Source: a virus (lineage: Duplodnaviria; Caudoviricetes). Taken from it: DNA of 56,815 nucleotides. Positions 38,318 to 45,032 of the stretch are shown here, one piece after another; within the stretch, counting starts at the first letter, position 1, and the number at the start of each line of letters is the position of its first letter. Where the stretch lies: IMG/VR virus record IMGVR_UViG_3300009678_000009, positions 1 through 56,815 of that record, one strand, 5' to 3'. Under the pieces are notes generated by a model. It ran no database searches. It was not told where the DNA came from and saw nothing but the letters and a program-made list of their open reading frames with translations. A program made the translations under genes and the position numbers.

Positions 38318-38353
38318 CTACTATATCAGTATAGTGCTATACTGATATAGTAG
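38318..38353 (-). promoter_or_regulatory. 36-bp palindromic promoter element, copy A3 (centre TG instead of CA)
   Basis: CTACTATATCAGTATAG-TG-CTATACTGATATAGTAG. Confidence 0.8.
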
Positions 38354-38368
38354 TCAAGTGATTTTTTA

Positions 38369-38929
38369 TTAAAACGGACTAGTCTCGACTAAACAGTTCG
38401 CTACGAGCCTTTGGATTACGTCTATCTCCAGCTTGCAACCAGCAACGTTCCATCCATAGCATAGCCTTTCTGCGATGGCTTGCACAAGCTCGGGCGTAAA
38501 GACCGCTTTATCGTTTATTTTGTTTTTAGCCTCACGCACCACAAGGTTGTTGTTATATAGCTCGAGATACACCTCCAAGACAACGTCGTCTTCCATTTCC
38601 ACATAACTTCCTGCCGCTATTTGCGTGAAAGGGTCTGCTTCCGCCTTAGTGTTCCTTTCTGTAATGCGGTTATCGTATATGCTTACATGGCTACTCGTAG
38701 AACAGCTATCGTGCGTTATTTCAACCATACCACAAGCAACTACTTTGTAATGCTTGTTCACAATCGCTGGTTGTTGCAGTGCAAGATTTGCCTTATCGCA
38801 AGCATCCTTAGCATCCAAAGCCTTCTCTAAATCATCTAAAGCCTTCTTACAAACTCTCCTAGCATTCTGATAAGCCTCTCTAGCCTTATCTAAAGCCTGC
38901 TTTGCCTTGTCAATTTTACTGTTATTCAT
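38369..38929 (-). CDS. MNNSKI paralog fused to an unrelated C-terminal domain
   Basis: First ~50 aa are KA-rich family sequence, the remainder is different. Confidence 0.65.
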   Translation of the reverse strand: MNNSKIDKAKQALDKAREAYQNARRVCKKALDDLEKALDAKDACDKANLALQQPAIVNKHYKVVACGMVEITHDSCSTSSHVSIYDNRITERNTKAEADPFTQIAAGSYVEMEDDVVLEVYLELYNNNLVVREAKNKINDKAVFTPELVQAIAERLCYGWNVAGCKLEIDVIQRLVANCLVETSPF

Positions 38930-38944
38930 AAATAATCTATACGC

Positions 38945-39310
38945 TTAGTTGGTTAATACATTTTCGCCATCGATAAGCTTCACAACTTCGATAAGCTTCA
39001 CAATTGCGCACAAATCCATAGTCGCTCCGCGCCTTAATCTTCTGTTGGCTTCCTGCCTGTCTTGCCAATGTCCAGTCCTTATTTCATACTCTGAGACGGG
39101 GCGAGAGCCAGCTAACATTAACAGTTCGCAACAGTCGGTTAGATTTTCTATAGTGTCAGCAATGTCAGTCTCTGCACTCGCCTTCTTCAGCGCTTCCCTA
39201 ACGCCTGCAGTCGCTAATCCCAGTACGCCCTTAAGCTCTTCATCCTCCAACAATCCGTGTAAAATGGCTTTAGCATCTTCTATAAGCCTTTGTGATTTTT
39301 CGTTTATCAT
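38945..39310 (-). CDS. Hypothetical protein
   Basis: 121 aa; ends LTN* in the linker. Confidence 0.6.
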   Translation of the reverse strand: MINEKSQRLIEDAKAILHGLLEDEELKGVLGLATAGVREALKKASAETDIADTIENLTDCCELLMLAGSRPVSEYEIRTGHWQDRQEANRRLRRGATMDLCAIVKLIEVVKLIDGENVLTN

Positions 39311-39346
39311 AAATAATCTATCTTATTTGGTTAATACAATTTACTC

Positions 39347-39649
39347 TTACTCATCTACCGTATCAGCATCAAAAGATATGCTTACACTCTCTACGCCACT
39401 GTTCTGCAGCATTGCTCTTTGCACAGTGGCAAGAAACTCCTCTATGCTGCTTGTTTTAAAATTCCAATCTCTAGCTAGGCTGTCGAGAGATTCACCAATG
39501 CGCCACATTTCTTTACTTTCCATCTCCGAGCCGTACCCCATGAAGTCCGCTCCCTTAAAGCAAAAACCTCTTGTGTCGCCAAATTCCAAAATACACTCTG
39601 TCCCGTATAGGAGAAAGTCTATTCTCATATGTTTTATTGCGATGCACAT
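39347..39649 (-). CDS. Hypothetical protein
   Basis: 100 aa; linker-type start. Confidence 0.55.
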   Translation of the reverse strand: MCIAIKHMRIDFLLYGTECILEFGDTRGFCFKGADFMGYGSEMESKEMWRIGESLDSLARDWNFKTSSIEEFLATVQRAMLQNSGVESVSISFDADTVDE

Positions 39650-39661
39650 AAAATCTCTATA

Positions 39662-39928
39662 TTACTTAACAAATTCAGTTACGCAAATCTTGCAAAACTC
39701 TGTGTCAAGCCTTGCCGCCGTGGCGGCTGAGCATATGTCCATACACCTTTTAAGACGTTGCTTTCTATGCTGCAATTCTGCGCTTTCCACGCTTAGCGGA
39801 CACTCAAAGTGCCTTGTGTGCAGTAGCGTTAAGCAACAAACGGCACTTGTCAGGGACAAGATTGCTATCGCTGTGTAAGTCCAAAAACCGATTTTCATAT
39901 ACTTTTGACATACGTACATATTTGCCAT
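39662..39928 (-). CDS. Membrane-anchored Cys-rich protein (paralog of 36510..36824)
   Basis: Near-identical N-terminal DNA and protein sequence. Confidence 0.65.
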   Translation of the reverse strand: MANMYVCQKYMKIGFWTYTAIAILSLTSAVCCLTLLHTRHFECPLSVESAELQHRKQRLKRCMDICSAATAARLDTEFCKICVTEFVK

Positions 39929-39948
39929 AAAATCTCTATCTTATTTGG

Positions 39949-39984
39949 TTAAAAAATTGCATACACCTTGCGAGCAAATATCAT
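39949..39984 (-). pseudogene. 11-codon mini-cassette (MIFARKVYAIF) between two linkers
   Basis: 24/27 nt match to the 3' part of gene 28857..29393 (28876-28902), read in another frame. Confidence 0.45.
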
Positions 39985-39991
39985 AAATAAT

Positions 39992-40336
39992 CTATCTTAT
40001 TTGGTTAAAATGTTCCACGTGGAACATTCGGTGAAAGTCCTCGCTGCGTTGGTTCGCTTCTAAGAACCGTTGATACTCCGCGTCTCTGCACTTTTGGTAC
40101 AAAGCCACCACATCTTTATCATACCCTACGTTGCGTTTGCGTAATACATCTATAACCTCAACCACTGTGGTCGTGCCAAACATCAGACGTTGACCGTTAA
40201 TTTCGCAGTAAGCCTCGCTGGTGCAGAAGCACAGGTCGGCTCTTTCACCATCCCTTGTGAAATCTACCAGCATTATTAAATCTTTGCCATCTACACGTGG
40301 ATAGCTATCTAGTATCTTTATTTTTGTCTTTTTCAT
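39992..40336 (-). CDS. Hypothetical protein; 3' end contains a parS site
   Basis: Ends MFHVEH-FNQIR*, i.e. parS followed by the linker. Confidence 0.6.
   Translation of the reverse strand: MKKTKIKILDSYPRVDGKDLIMLVDFTRDGERADLCFCTSEAYCEINGQRLMFGTTTVVEVIDVLRKRNVGYDKDVVALYQKCRDAEYQRFLEANQRSEDFHRMFHVEHFNQIR
40011..40026. promoter_or_regulatory. parS: parS (ParB-binding centromere) site
   Basis: TGTTCCACGTGGAACA perfect palindrome; fits the bacterial chromosomal parS consensus. Confidence 0.8.
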
Positions 40337-40356
40337 AAAATCACTATCTTATTTGG

Positions 40357-40986
40357 TTAATACATTCTTGCCATTTGTGCATCCCTCCACAGTGTGTCGC
40401 TTTCTATTACTGCACGGTTGAAAGCGCCTTTTCTGTTCTTGCCATTTGGTACTCGCACCCATTCCATACACAAATCCGATATCGCCGCGTTCCGCTCAAT
40501 CATAAACCACAGAACTTGCCTTTTCAATCTTGCACGCCCAGAGTTGTAGACTCTAGATAGCAAAGGCGCAATAAGCTCTGGTCTCTCCTCCAGCACAATT
40601 CTTGCGCTTTCTTGTGATAGAAGCCAAGCTAAGTCATCATATACCCTATTCATAACTTCCATCACTGCGTCGTCTTTCGTAATACGCATAGTTAAAGCTT
40701 TCGTGCCATACCCTATACTCACCCTGCAATCGGCTTCGCTGGCTTCTGTGCCTTTGCAGTCTGCGTAAGCTTGCGGCTTAAACCCTTCCACTTTCATAAT
40801 AAGCAAAACCGCGTCAGCAAATCTGTGTTCAAGGTTTGGAATCTCCGCCGCCCTTGCTGGTCTTGCAGAGGCTAGCAATATCACACCTAATATCACTCCA
40901 GTGAAGCTAAAACCGCATGACTTGCGTAAAAATGCAAAGCCTACACCCAGCAACAACATTGCTGGCAAAATTAAAGAAAAAAACAT
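40357..40986 (-). CDS. Lysozyme (GH24/T4-like) with N-terminal hydrophobic/signal segments
   Basis: EGFKPQAYAD (E-x8-D), SIGYG, YNSG, C-terminal NRA.E; two hydrophobic helices then ARA|A. Confidence 0.75.
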   Translation of the reverse strand: MFFSLILPAMLLLGVGFAFLRKSCGFSFTGVILGVILLASARPARAAEIPNLEHRFADAVLLIMKVEGFKPQAYADCKGTEASEADCRVSIGYGTKALTMRITKDDAVMEVMNRVYDDLAWLLSQESARIVLEERPELIAPLLSRVYNSGRARLKRQVLWFMIERNAAISDLCMEWVRVPNGKNRKGAFNRAVIESDTLWRDAQMARMY

Positions 40987-41018
40987 AAATAATCTATCTT
41001 AAAAGTTAATCGTCAAAA

Positions 41019-41063
41019 GCTTACACAGCGTCCAAAGGGGTGCGTAATGGACGCTGTGTAAGC
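41019..41063 (-). terminator. Stem-loop with U tail upstream of lysozyme
   Basis: 16-bp perfect arms GCTTACACAGCGTCCA / TGGACGCTGTGTAAGC; TTTT follows on the minus strand. Confidence 0.65.
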
Positions 41064-41071
41064 GTTCAATG

Positions 41072-41269
41072 TTAAACGTCTGTTTCGTCGCAAAGAGAAA
41101 CAAGCTGTTCTTCAAGTATGCTCGCTTCGTATTTCAATAGCTTTATTTGGCTTTTGAAGGTTTTTATGTTAGGTCTTGGACTGCCGCTAAAATCCGACTC
41201 AGCCAAAAGACCACGCAATTTTTCTAAGGTTTGCTCAATCCTGTTAAGAAGTTTGGTATTTTCAATCAT
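41072..41269 (-). CDS. Small coiled-coil hypothetical protein
   Basis: 65 aa; TATTT-ATG start. Confidence 0.55.
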   Translation of the reverse strand: MIENTKLLNRIEQTLEKLRGLLAESDFSGSPRPNIKTFKSQIKLLKYEASILEEQLVSLCDETDV

Positions 41270-41303
41270 AAATAAATAGTAATCTAAATTGTTATCAACA
41301 AGT

Positions 41304-41357
41304 CTGCACAGACAAGCTACTATATCTATACTGACACAGTTATTCTATTAGTCAAAT
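41304..41357 (-). promoter_or_regulatory. Degenerate/chimeric promoter element (A-type left part, B-type -35 part)
   Basis: CTGCACAGACAAGCTACTATATC|TATACTGA (10-bp central deletion), then TCTATTAGTCAAAT. Confidence 0.55.
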
Positions 41358-41694
41358 GTTTTTTGTTTTTTCTAATTAATCTACGCCGCTCCTTGTCATT
41401 CATCTTTGCCAAGCGCCTGTTTTTTGCCTTGCGGTTGCGAATTGCTTTAGCTGGTAAAATATATACCCTTGAGCGTTTTTCGATTTCCTCCAAAGAAAAG
41501 CTATAACACTCTGTTAAATTACTTGTAGCAGGCGAAAAATGCGATAGCGAATCAGCGCTATCGTGGCTTGCAGAAAAAATCGCATCATATAAAGCGCCTT
41601 TGGTGCCAAGTAAAGTTGAGCAAGACCAGACGCGCTCTCTTCGTAAAATTTTACCGCTTTTTGCCGAAACCCTGTTAAAGTAAAAAATTGCCAT
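41326..41694 (-). CDS. Basic hypothetical protein
   Basis: 122 aa with K/R-rich C-terminus; linker start. Confidence 0.55.
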   Translation of the reverse strand: MAIFYFNRVSAKSGKILRRERVWSCSTLLGTKGALYDAIFSASHDSADSLSHFSPATSNLTECYSFSLEEIEKRSRVYILPAKAIRNRKAKNRRLAKMNDKERRRLIRKNKKHLTNRITVSV

Positions 41695-41718
41695 AAAATC
41701 TGCGTCTTATTTGGTTAA

Positions 41719-41745
41719 TAAGGGGCGCGTGGCACGCACCCCTTA
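41719..41745 (-). terminator. GC-rich hairpin in the leader after promoter A4
   Basis: Minus strand TAAGGGGTGCGT-GCC-ACGCGCCCCTTA with one U:G pair. Confidence 0.5.
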
Positions 41746-41788
41746 GCATTTTTTACATCCTTCTGGGCATCATTACTGCACAGACAAG

Positions 41789-41824
41789 CTACTATATCAG
41801 TATAGCACTATACTGATATAGTAG
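41789..41824 (-). promoter_or_regulatory. 36-bp palindromic promoter element, copy A4
   Basis: Identical to A1; flanks identical to A3 over about 75 bp. Confidence 0.8.
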
Positions 41825-41839
41825 TCAAGTGATTTTTTA

Positions 41840-43462
41840 TTAAAACGGACATTTTATTTTGTGTCCACGTAACAGCCTTTGGCAGTCGCACACAGACAAG
41901 CCGATGCTGTGTAGGTTGAGAGTTTTAAACACAGCACTATACCCTGCTTGCCATAATATCCTTGCTAATATTATTCTTGTTTGCTTTACATCTGTGTCTT
42001 TGAGTGCAACGGCAGCCTTACAAAGATCGCGGTATTTCATTGTGGCTTGAGTCTTGTTGTGCTGGTAATTTGCTACTGGACGCTTGCGATTAAAGACATA
42101 GTCAAATTTTTCAATCCACTTTACTGCGAAATTGAAGTATGTTGCTGTGATGCTATCGCGTTGTGCATCGCTTTTGCCAAGTAAGCCAAGCTCGCTGTAA
42201 GCATCGTTAATAGAAAAAGGTATGCGTGGCGCGCTGTTTTCTCGGTGTGCCAACCGTGCGGCTTGCTTGGGCATGGGTTGCTTGGTGCAGTCTTTTTTAA
42301 AAACTGCTTCTGCTTTTACTTGTATGTCCAGTGGTAGTAAAGATAGTTCGTGTGCAAGAAAGTCGATGCCAACTGTGTGTTTGGATCTGTGTAGAAAGGT
42401 AAAACCACCTTCTGCGTTAGGGTATTTAATAGCTACACAGTCGCTGTTGCTTAATTGCGCACGCAAACGGCGTTTTATTGCGTTTTGTTCTTTGGTAGCT
42501 ATGTAGCTTTCAAAAACTGTGCCATCGGCGTTGTAACGCTCTTGCAAGCCGACTACAGCGCCTTGGTCATAGGTGATTAGTTGCTTTAAACAATTCGCAC
42601 CGCCACCGATGGCGCGATCGTAGTAGTAGCGTGCGACGCCGTGTCTGTTTGAGTTTTCGCCGTAAGGCCCATAGGTATTGTCGCAACGCGAAGCGTCAAA
42701 GGGTATCTGCTGTTCAATGTCACCGTTTTCATAATAGCGCGTATGGACGCCGTCCTCTTTGCCATTTAACCAAAGCCCCTCCGCCTGCGTGTTGCCATCG
42801 CGTTCGTAATAGGTAGCGCACCTGCCGTTGAATTTGCCATCTTTGTAGTTTAATTCGCTGCGCGTGTTGCCGCCGTGTTCGTAAAATGCTATGGTGAGAC
42901 CGTCTTGGATGCGTGCTGCAATTGAGTTAGGGTGTCTAGCAGGAACGAATTTGTAGTTTTCAATACGGTCGGCTTGCCCATTGCTTTTGTAGAAGGTTTC
43001 AATTACTAGTTCTTGGTTTTGTTTGTATAGCACGCGGCGCAAAAGGCACGCTCCATCGTTTGAGTAGTCGCTACATATGCCATCGCGTAAACCGTTTACA
43101 TAGTAGTGGCGGCGGGTTAATGCACCTTCTGTGTTGTATTGTGTAGATACGCCGATGGGCTTTCCATTCGAGAATACACACTCGGATTGTGTCTCGCCGT
43201 TAGGATGGAAGGTTTTTACCAAGCCGTTTGCTAGACCTTTGTGTTTTGGCACAACGGAAGCAAGGTTGCCTTCGTCCTTGTAGAAAGTGTATTGTAAGCC
43301 TTCCTCCTCGCCATCGGCGTTGGTGAGGGTAATTTTGGCTGGCTTGCCATTCTTGTGAAAGGTTGTAAGGCTTTTGATCATACCGTTTGCGTGGTATGTG
43401 CTTACAGGCTCGGTAGACGGTCTCAGCCGTGGTTTGCGTCGTGCTGGTAGTGGATTTGCCAT
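41840..43462 (-). CDS. MORN-variant (YwqK antitoxin-like) repeat protein with unrelated C-terminal domain
   Basis: Many Y/F-H/Y-x-NG and YKDGKFNG-type units over about 320 aa. Confidence 0.8.
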   Translation of the reverse strand: MANPLPARRKPRLRPSTEPVSTYHANGMIKSLTTFHKNGKPAKITLTNADGEEEGLQYTFYKDEGNLASVVPKHKGLANGLVKTFHPNGETQSECVFSNGKPIGVSTQYNTEGALTRRHYYVNGLRDGICSDYSNDGACLLRRVLYKQNQELVIETFYKSNGQADRIENYKFVPARHPNSIAARIQDGLTIAFYEHGGNTRSELNYKDGKFNGRCATYYERDGNTQAEGLWLNGKEDGVHTRYYENGDIEQQIPFDASRCDNTYGPYGENSNRHGVARYYYDRAIGGGANCLKQLITYDQGAVVGLQERYNADGTVFESYIATKEQNAIKRRLRAQLSNSDCVAIKYPNAEGGFTFLHRSKHTVGIDFLAHELSLLPLDIQVKAEAVFKKDCTKQPMPKQAARLAHRENSAPRIPFSINDAYSELGLLGKSDAQRDSITATYFNFAVKWIEKFDYVFNRKRPVANYQHNKTQATMKYRDLCKAAVALKDTDVKQTRIILARILWQAGYSAVFKTLNLHSIGLSVCDCQRLLRGHKIKCPF

Positions 43463-43472
43463 AAAGAATGAA

Positions 43473-43541
43473 TATAAGTTGTTATATGTAGCTACAACAA
43501 TATAGTAGCTTGTTATTTCTATTAGTCAAATACTATTTTAA
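43473..43541 (-). promoter_or_regulatory. Repeated early-promoter element, copy B1
   Basis: 69-bp TATAAGTTGTTATATGTAGCTACAACAATATAGTAGCTTGTTATTTCTATTAGTCAAATACTATTTTAA; minus strand TTGACT-N16-TACTAT. Confidence 0.75.
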
Positions 43542-43579
43542 GATTTATTAATTTGTTTGGCTTCAACACCTGCACTGCA

Positions 43580-44016
43580 CCTGACCGTAATAACCTGACC
43601 ATAATAAATTGTAGAAAAGTGTAGTGTTTCTCTACTCTTTTGCAAGGTATTGACCACAAGCTGACCACAATCAGACCGTAATAAGACCGTAATAAATTGA
43701 AGAAAAGCTAGGGTTTCTCTACAGTGACCGTAAAGACCATAATAAAGTTCAAGTCATTATGTGTATGTGTGTGCGTGTGCGTGTATGTATGTGTGTGTGC
43801 GTGTATGTGTGTGTGCGTACGTATAGTATATATATATTATTATGGTCTTTACGGTCACCGTAGAGAAACACTGAACTTTCTGCCAATTTATTACGGTCTT
43901 ATTACGGTCTGATTGTGGTCACTGGGCGATTGTGGTCAGCGTAGAAGGGGGTAGAAAAAGCGGAAAAAGAGGGCAAAAGAGTAGAGAAACACTAGCTTTT
44001 CTACTCTTTTGCAAGG
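43580..44016. other. Putative replication origin: iterons in an ~84-bp inverted repeat around an alternating purine-pyrimidine tract
   Basis: Arms 43662-43745 and 43837-43921; GACC(G/A)(T/C)AA iterons; non-coding; near the switch between the two gene arms. Confidence 0.6.
43758..43837. repeat. (GT/AT/GC)n alternating microsatellite
   Basis: 68 bp of perfect RY alternation (43758-43825) followed by (TA)n. Confidence 0.95.
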
Positions 44017-44104
44017 GTGTTGTCGCCGTTAAGCCCTCGAGAAGGAGGCGAGGTGGTTGGCTTCTATGTAAGTGAAGATTAGGTAGGTAAGTAAAGATAA
44101 GAAA

Positions 44105-44120
44105 TGATCCACGTGGAACT
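44105..44120. promoter_or_regulatory. parS: Degenerate parS site
   Basis: TGATCCACGTGGAACT, 14/16 match to the perfect copies. Confidence 0.5.
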
Positions 44121-44517
44121 AACCAAGCTTGCTTTCAACAACTTGTGCCGAATAGTAGTTCCCTCTGTATCTTTGTTCTATTGCGTGTGCTGCTTTGCAT
44201 TTAAGCTCAAGGGCGTTAGCGTCTACAGCTTGTTGCAAGTGGGCGATTGAGAAGCAAGCGTACTTTTCTGCAAGGCGTGTAAGTGCGCAACGGTCAACCT
44301 CTGTGTAAAGATTTGGATTTTTGTTGAAAGTAGCAAGTGTAGTAAGGCTTCCGTCAGCCTTGGTAAAGAACACCTCGTCTTCATTCCTCAGGCAAACCTC
44401 AATTTCTAGTAAGTTTGCAGACCAAAGGCTTTTGTCAACAAAGCCAAAGCGGTGTGTTCTTGTGTCAAGTAAGTCGTCAAGAAAATCACAAACAGTTTTC
44501 TTGTAGCTTTCGCGCAT
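44119..44517 (-). CDS. Hypothetical protein
   Basis: 132 aa downstream of B2; the conserved ATG at 44527 is out of frame. Confidence 0.55.
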   Translation of the reverse strand: MRESYKKTVCDFLDDLLDTRTHRFGFVDKSLWSANLLEIEVCLRNEDEVFFTKADGSLTTLATFNKNPNLYTEVDRCALTRLAEKYACFSIAHLQQAVDANALELKCKAAHAIEQRYRGNYYSAQVVESKLG

Positions 44518-44537
44518 AGTTTGCCATAAAAAATGAA

Positions 44538-44606
44538 TATAAGTTGTTATATGTAGCTACAACAATATAGTAGCTTGTTATTTCTATTAGTCAAATACTA
44601 TTTTAA
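44538..44606 (-). promoter_or_regulatory. Repeated early-promoter element, copy B2
   Basis: Identical to B1. Confidence 0.75.
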
Positions 44607-44609
44607 TAT

Positions 44610-44810
44610 TTATTTCTGTAGAAGCTTTTTGCACCCGCCGTCTAAGACCCACTCTAAGTTGTCTATAGTCACACTGTTTATACACTGCTCGTACGCGTGT
44701 TTGCGCACTTGTTCGTGTTTTGCATCTATAACGTGAAAGGCAATAGTAACAGGATAAAAAAGTACTAGCATCAACTCGAATGTGAAATATTTTGTAAAAT
44801 TCTTAATCAT
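44610..44810 (-). CDS. Small membrane protein
   Basis: N-terminal TM segment, two Cys; first gene of the minus arm. Confidence 0.55.
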   Translation of the reverse strand: MIKNFTKYFTFELMLVLFYPVTIAFHVIDAKHEQVRKHAYEQCINSVTIDNLEWVLDGGCKKLLQK

Positions 44811-44819
44811 ATAAAATTG

Positions 44820-44897
44820 TATAAGTTGTTATATGTAGCTACAACAGCTACAACAATATAGTAGCTTGTTATTTCTATTAGTCAAATACTATTTTAA
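44820..44897 (-). promoter_or_regulatory. Repeated early-promoter element, copy B3 (9-bp internal duplication GCTACAACA)
   Basis: Otherwise identical to B1/B2. Confidence 0.75.
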
Positions 44898-44918
44898 GAT
44901 TTATGCATTTAACGCTTG

Positions 44919-44934
44919 TGTTCCACGTGGAACA
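44919..44934. promoter_or_regulatory. parS: parS site
   Basis: TGTTCCACGTGGAACA, intergenic between the divergent arms. Confidence 0.8.
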
Positions 44935-45004
44935 TTGTATGCACTGCACCTGCACTACTACTGCACTGCACACAAAAAACATATGATTTATTTTATAAAA
45001 TCAC

Positions 45005-45032
45005 TTGACTCTTATGTGAACTGTTGCATACT
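45005..45032 (+). promoter_or_regulatory. Rightward sigma70-like promoter
   Basis: AAAATCAC-TTGACT-N16-CATACT; same upstream context as the A elements. Confidence 0.5.

Larger units (their letters stand above)
29394..41718 (-). repeat. Dispersed intergenic linker family TTAACCAA(A/C)TAA(GAT/TAT/GCGGAT)AG(ATTA/AGAT/TAAT)TTT-ATG
   Basis: 15 exact 12-bp cores at + positions 29698, 31474, 32163, 36276, 36518, 36837, 36978, 37464, 38227, 38945, 39323, 39941, 39997, 40349, 41707, plus about 10 degenerate copies; all on the same strand at gene junctions. Confidence 0.9.

Noticed and set aside
37450-38345. Long + strand ORFs 37450..38172 and 37671..38345
   Set aside because: Antisense shadows of the 84-bp HEAT repeats
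38949-39878. 309-aa + strand ORF
   Set aside because: Antisense to three linker-bounded minus-strand genes; Ser/Leu-rich shadow composition
29394-41718. Linkers as CRISPR repeats, integron attC sites or CtrA boxes
   Set aside because: Intervals are whole genes of variable size; no attC-like palindrome or integrase; TTAACCAA only resembles the CtrA half-site and lacks TTAA-N7-TTAA
32187-41824. Palindromes as protelomerase (telRL) sites
   Set aside because: There are four dispersed copies and no protelomerase-like ORF
43724-43912. 62-aa CVCVCV ORF
   Set aside because: Translation of the GT microsatellite
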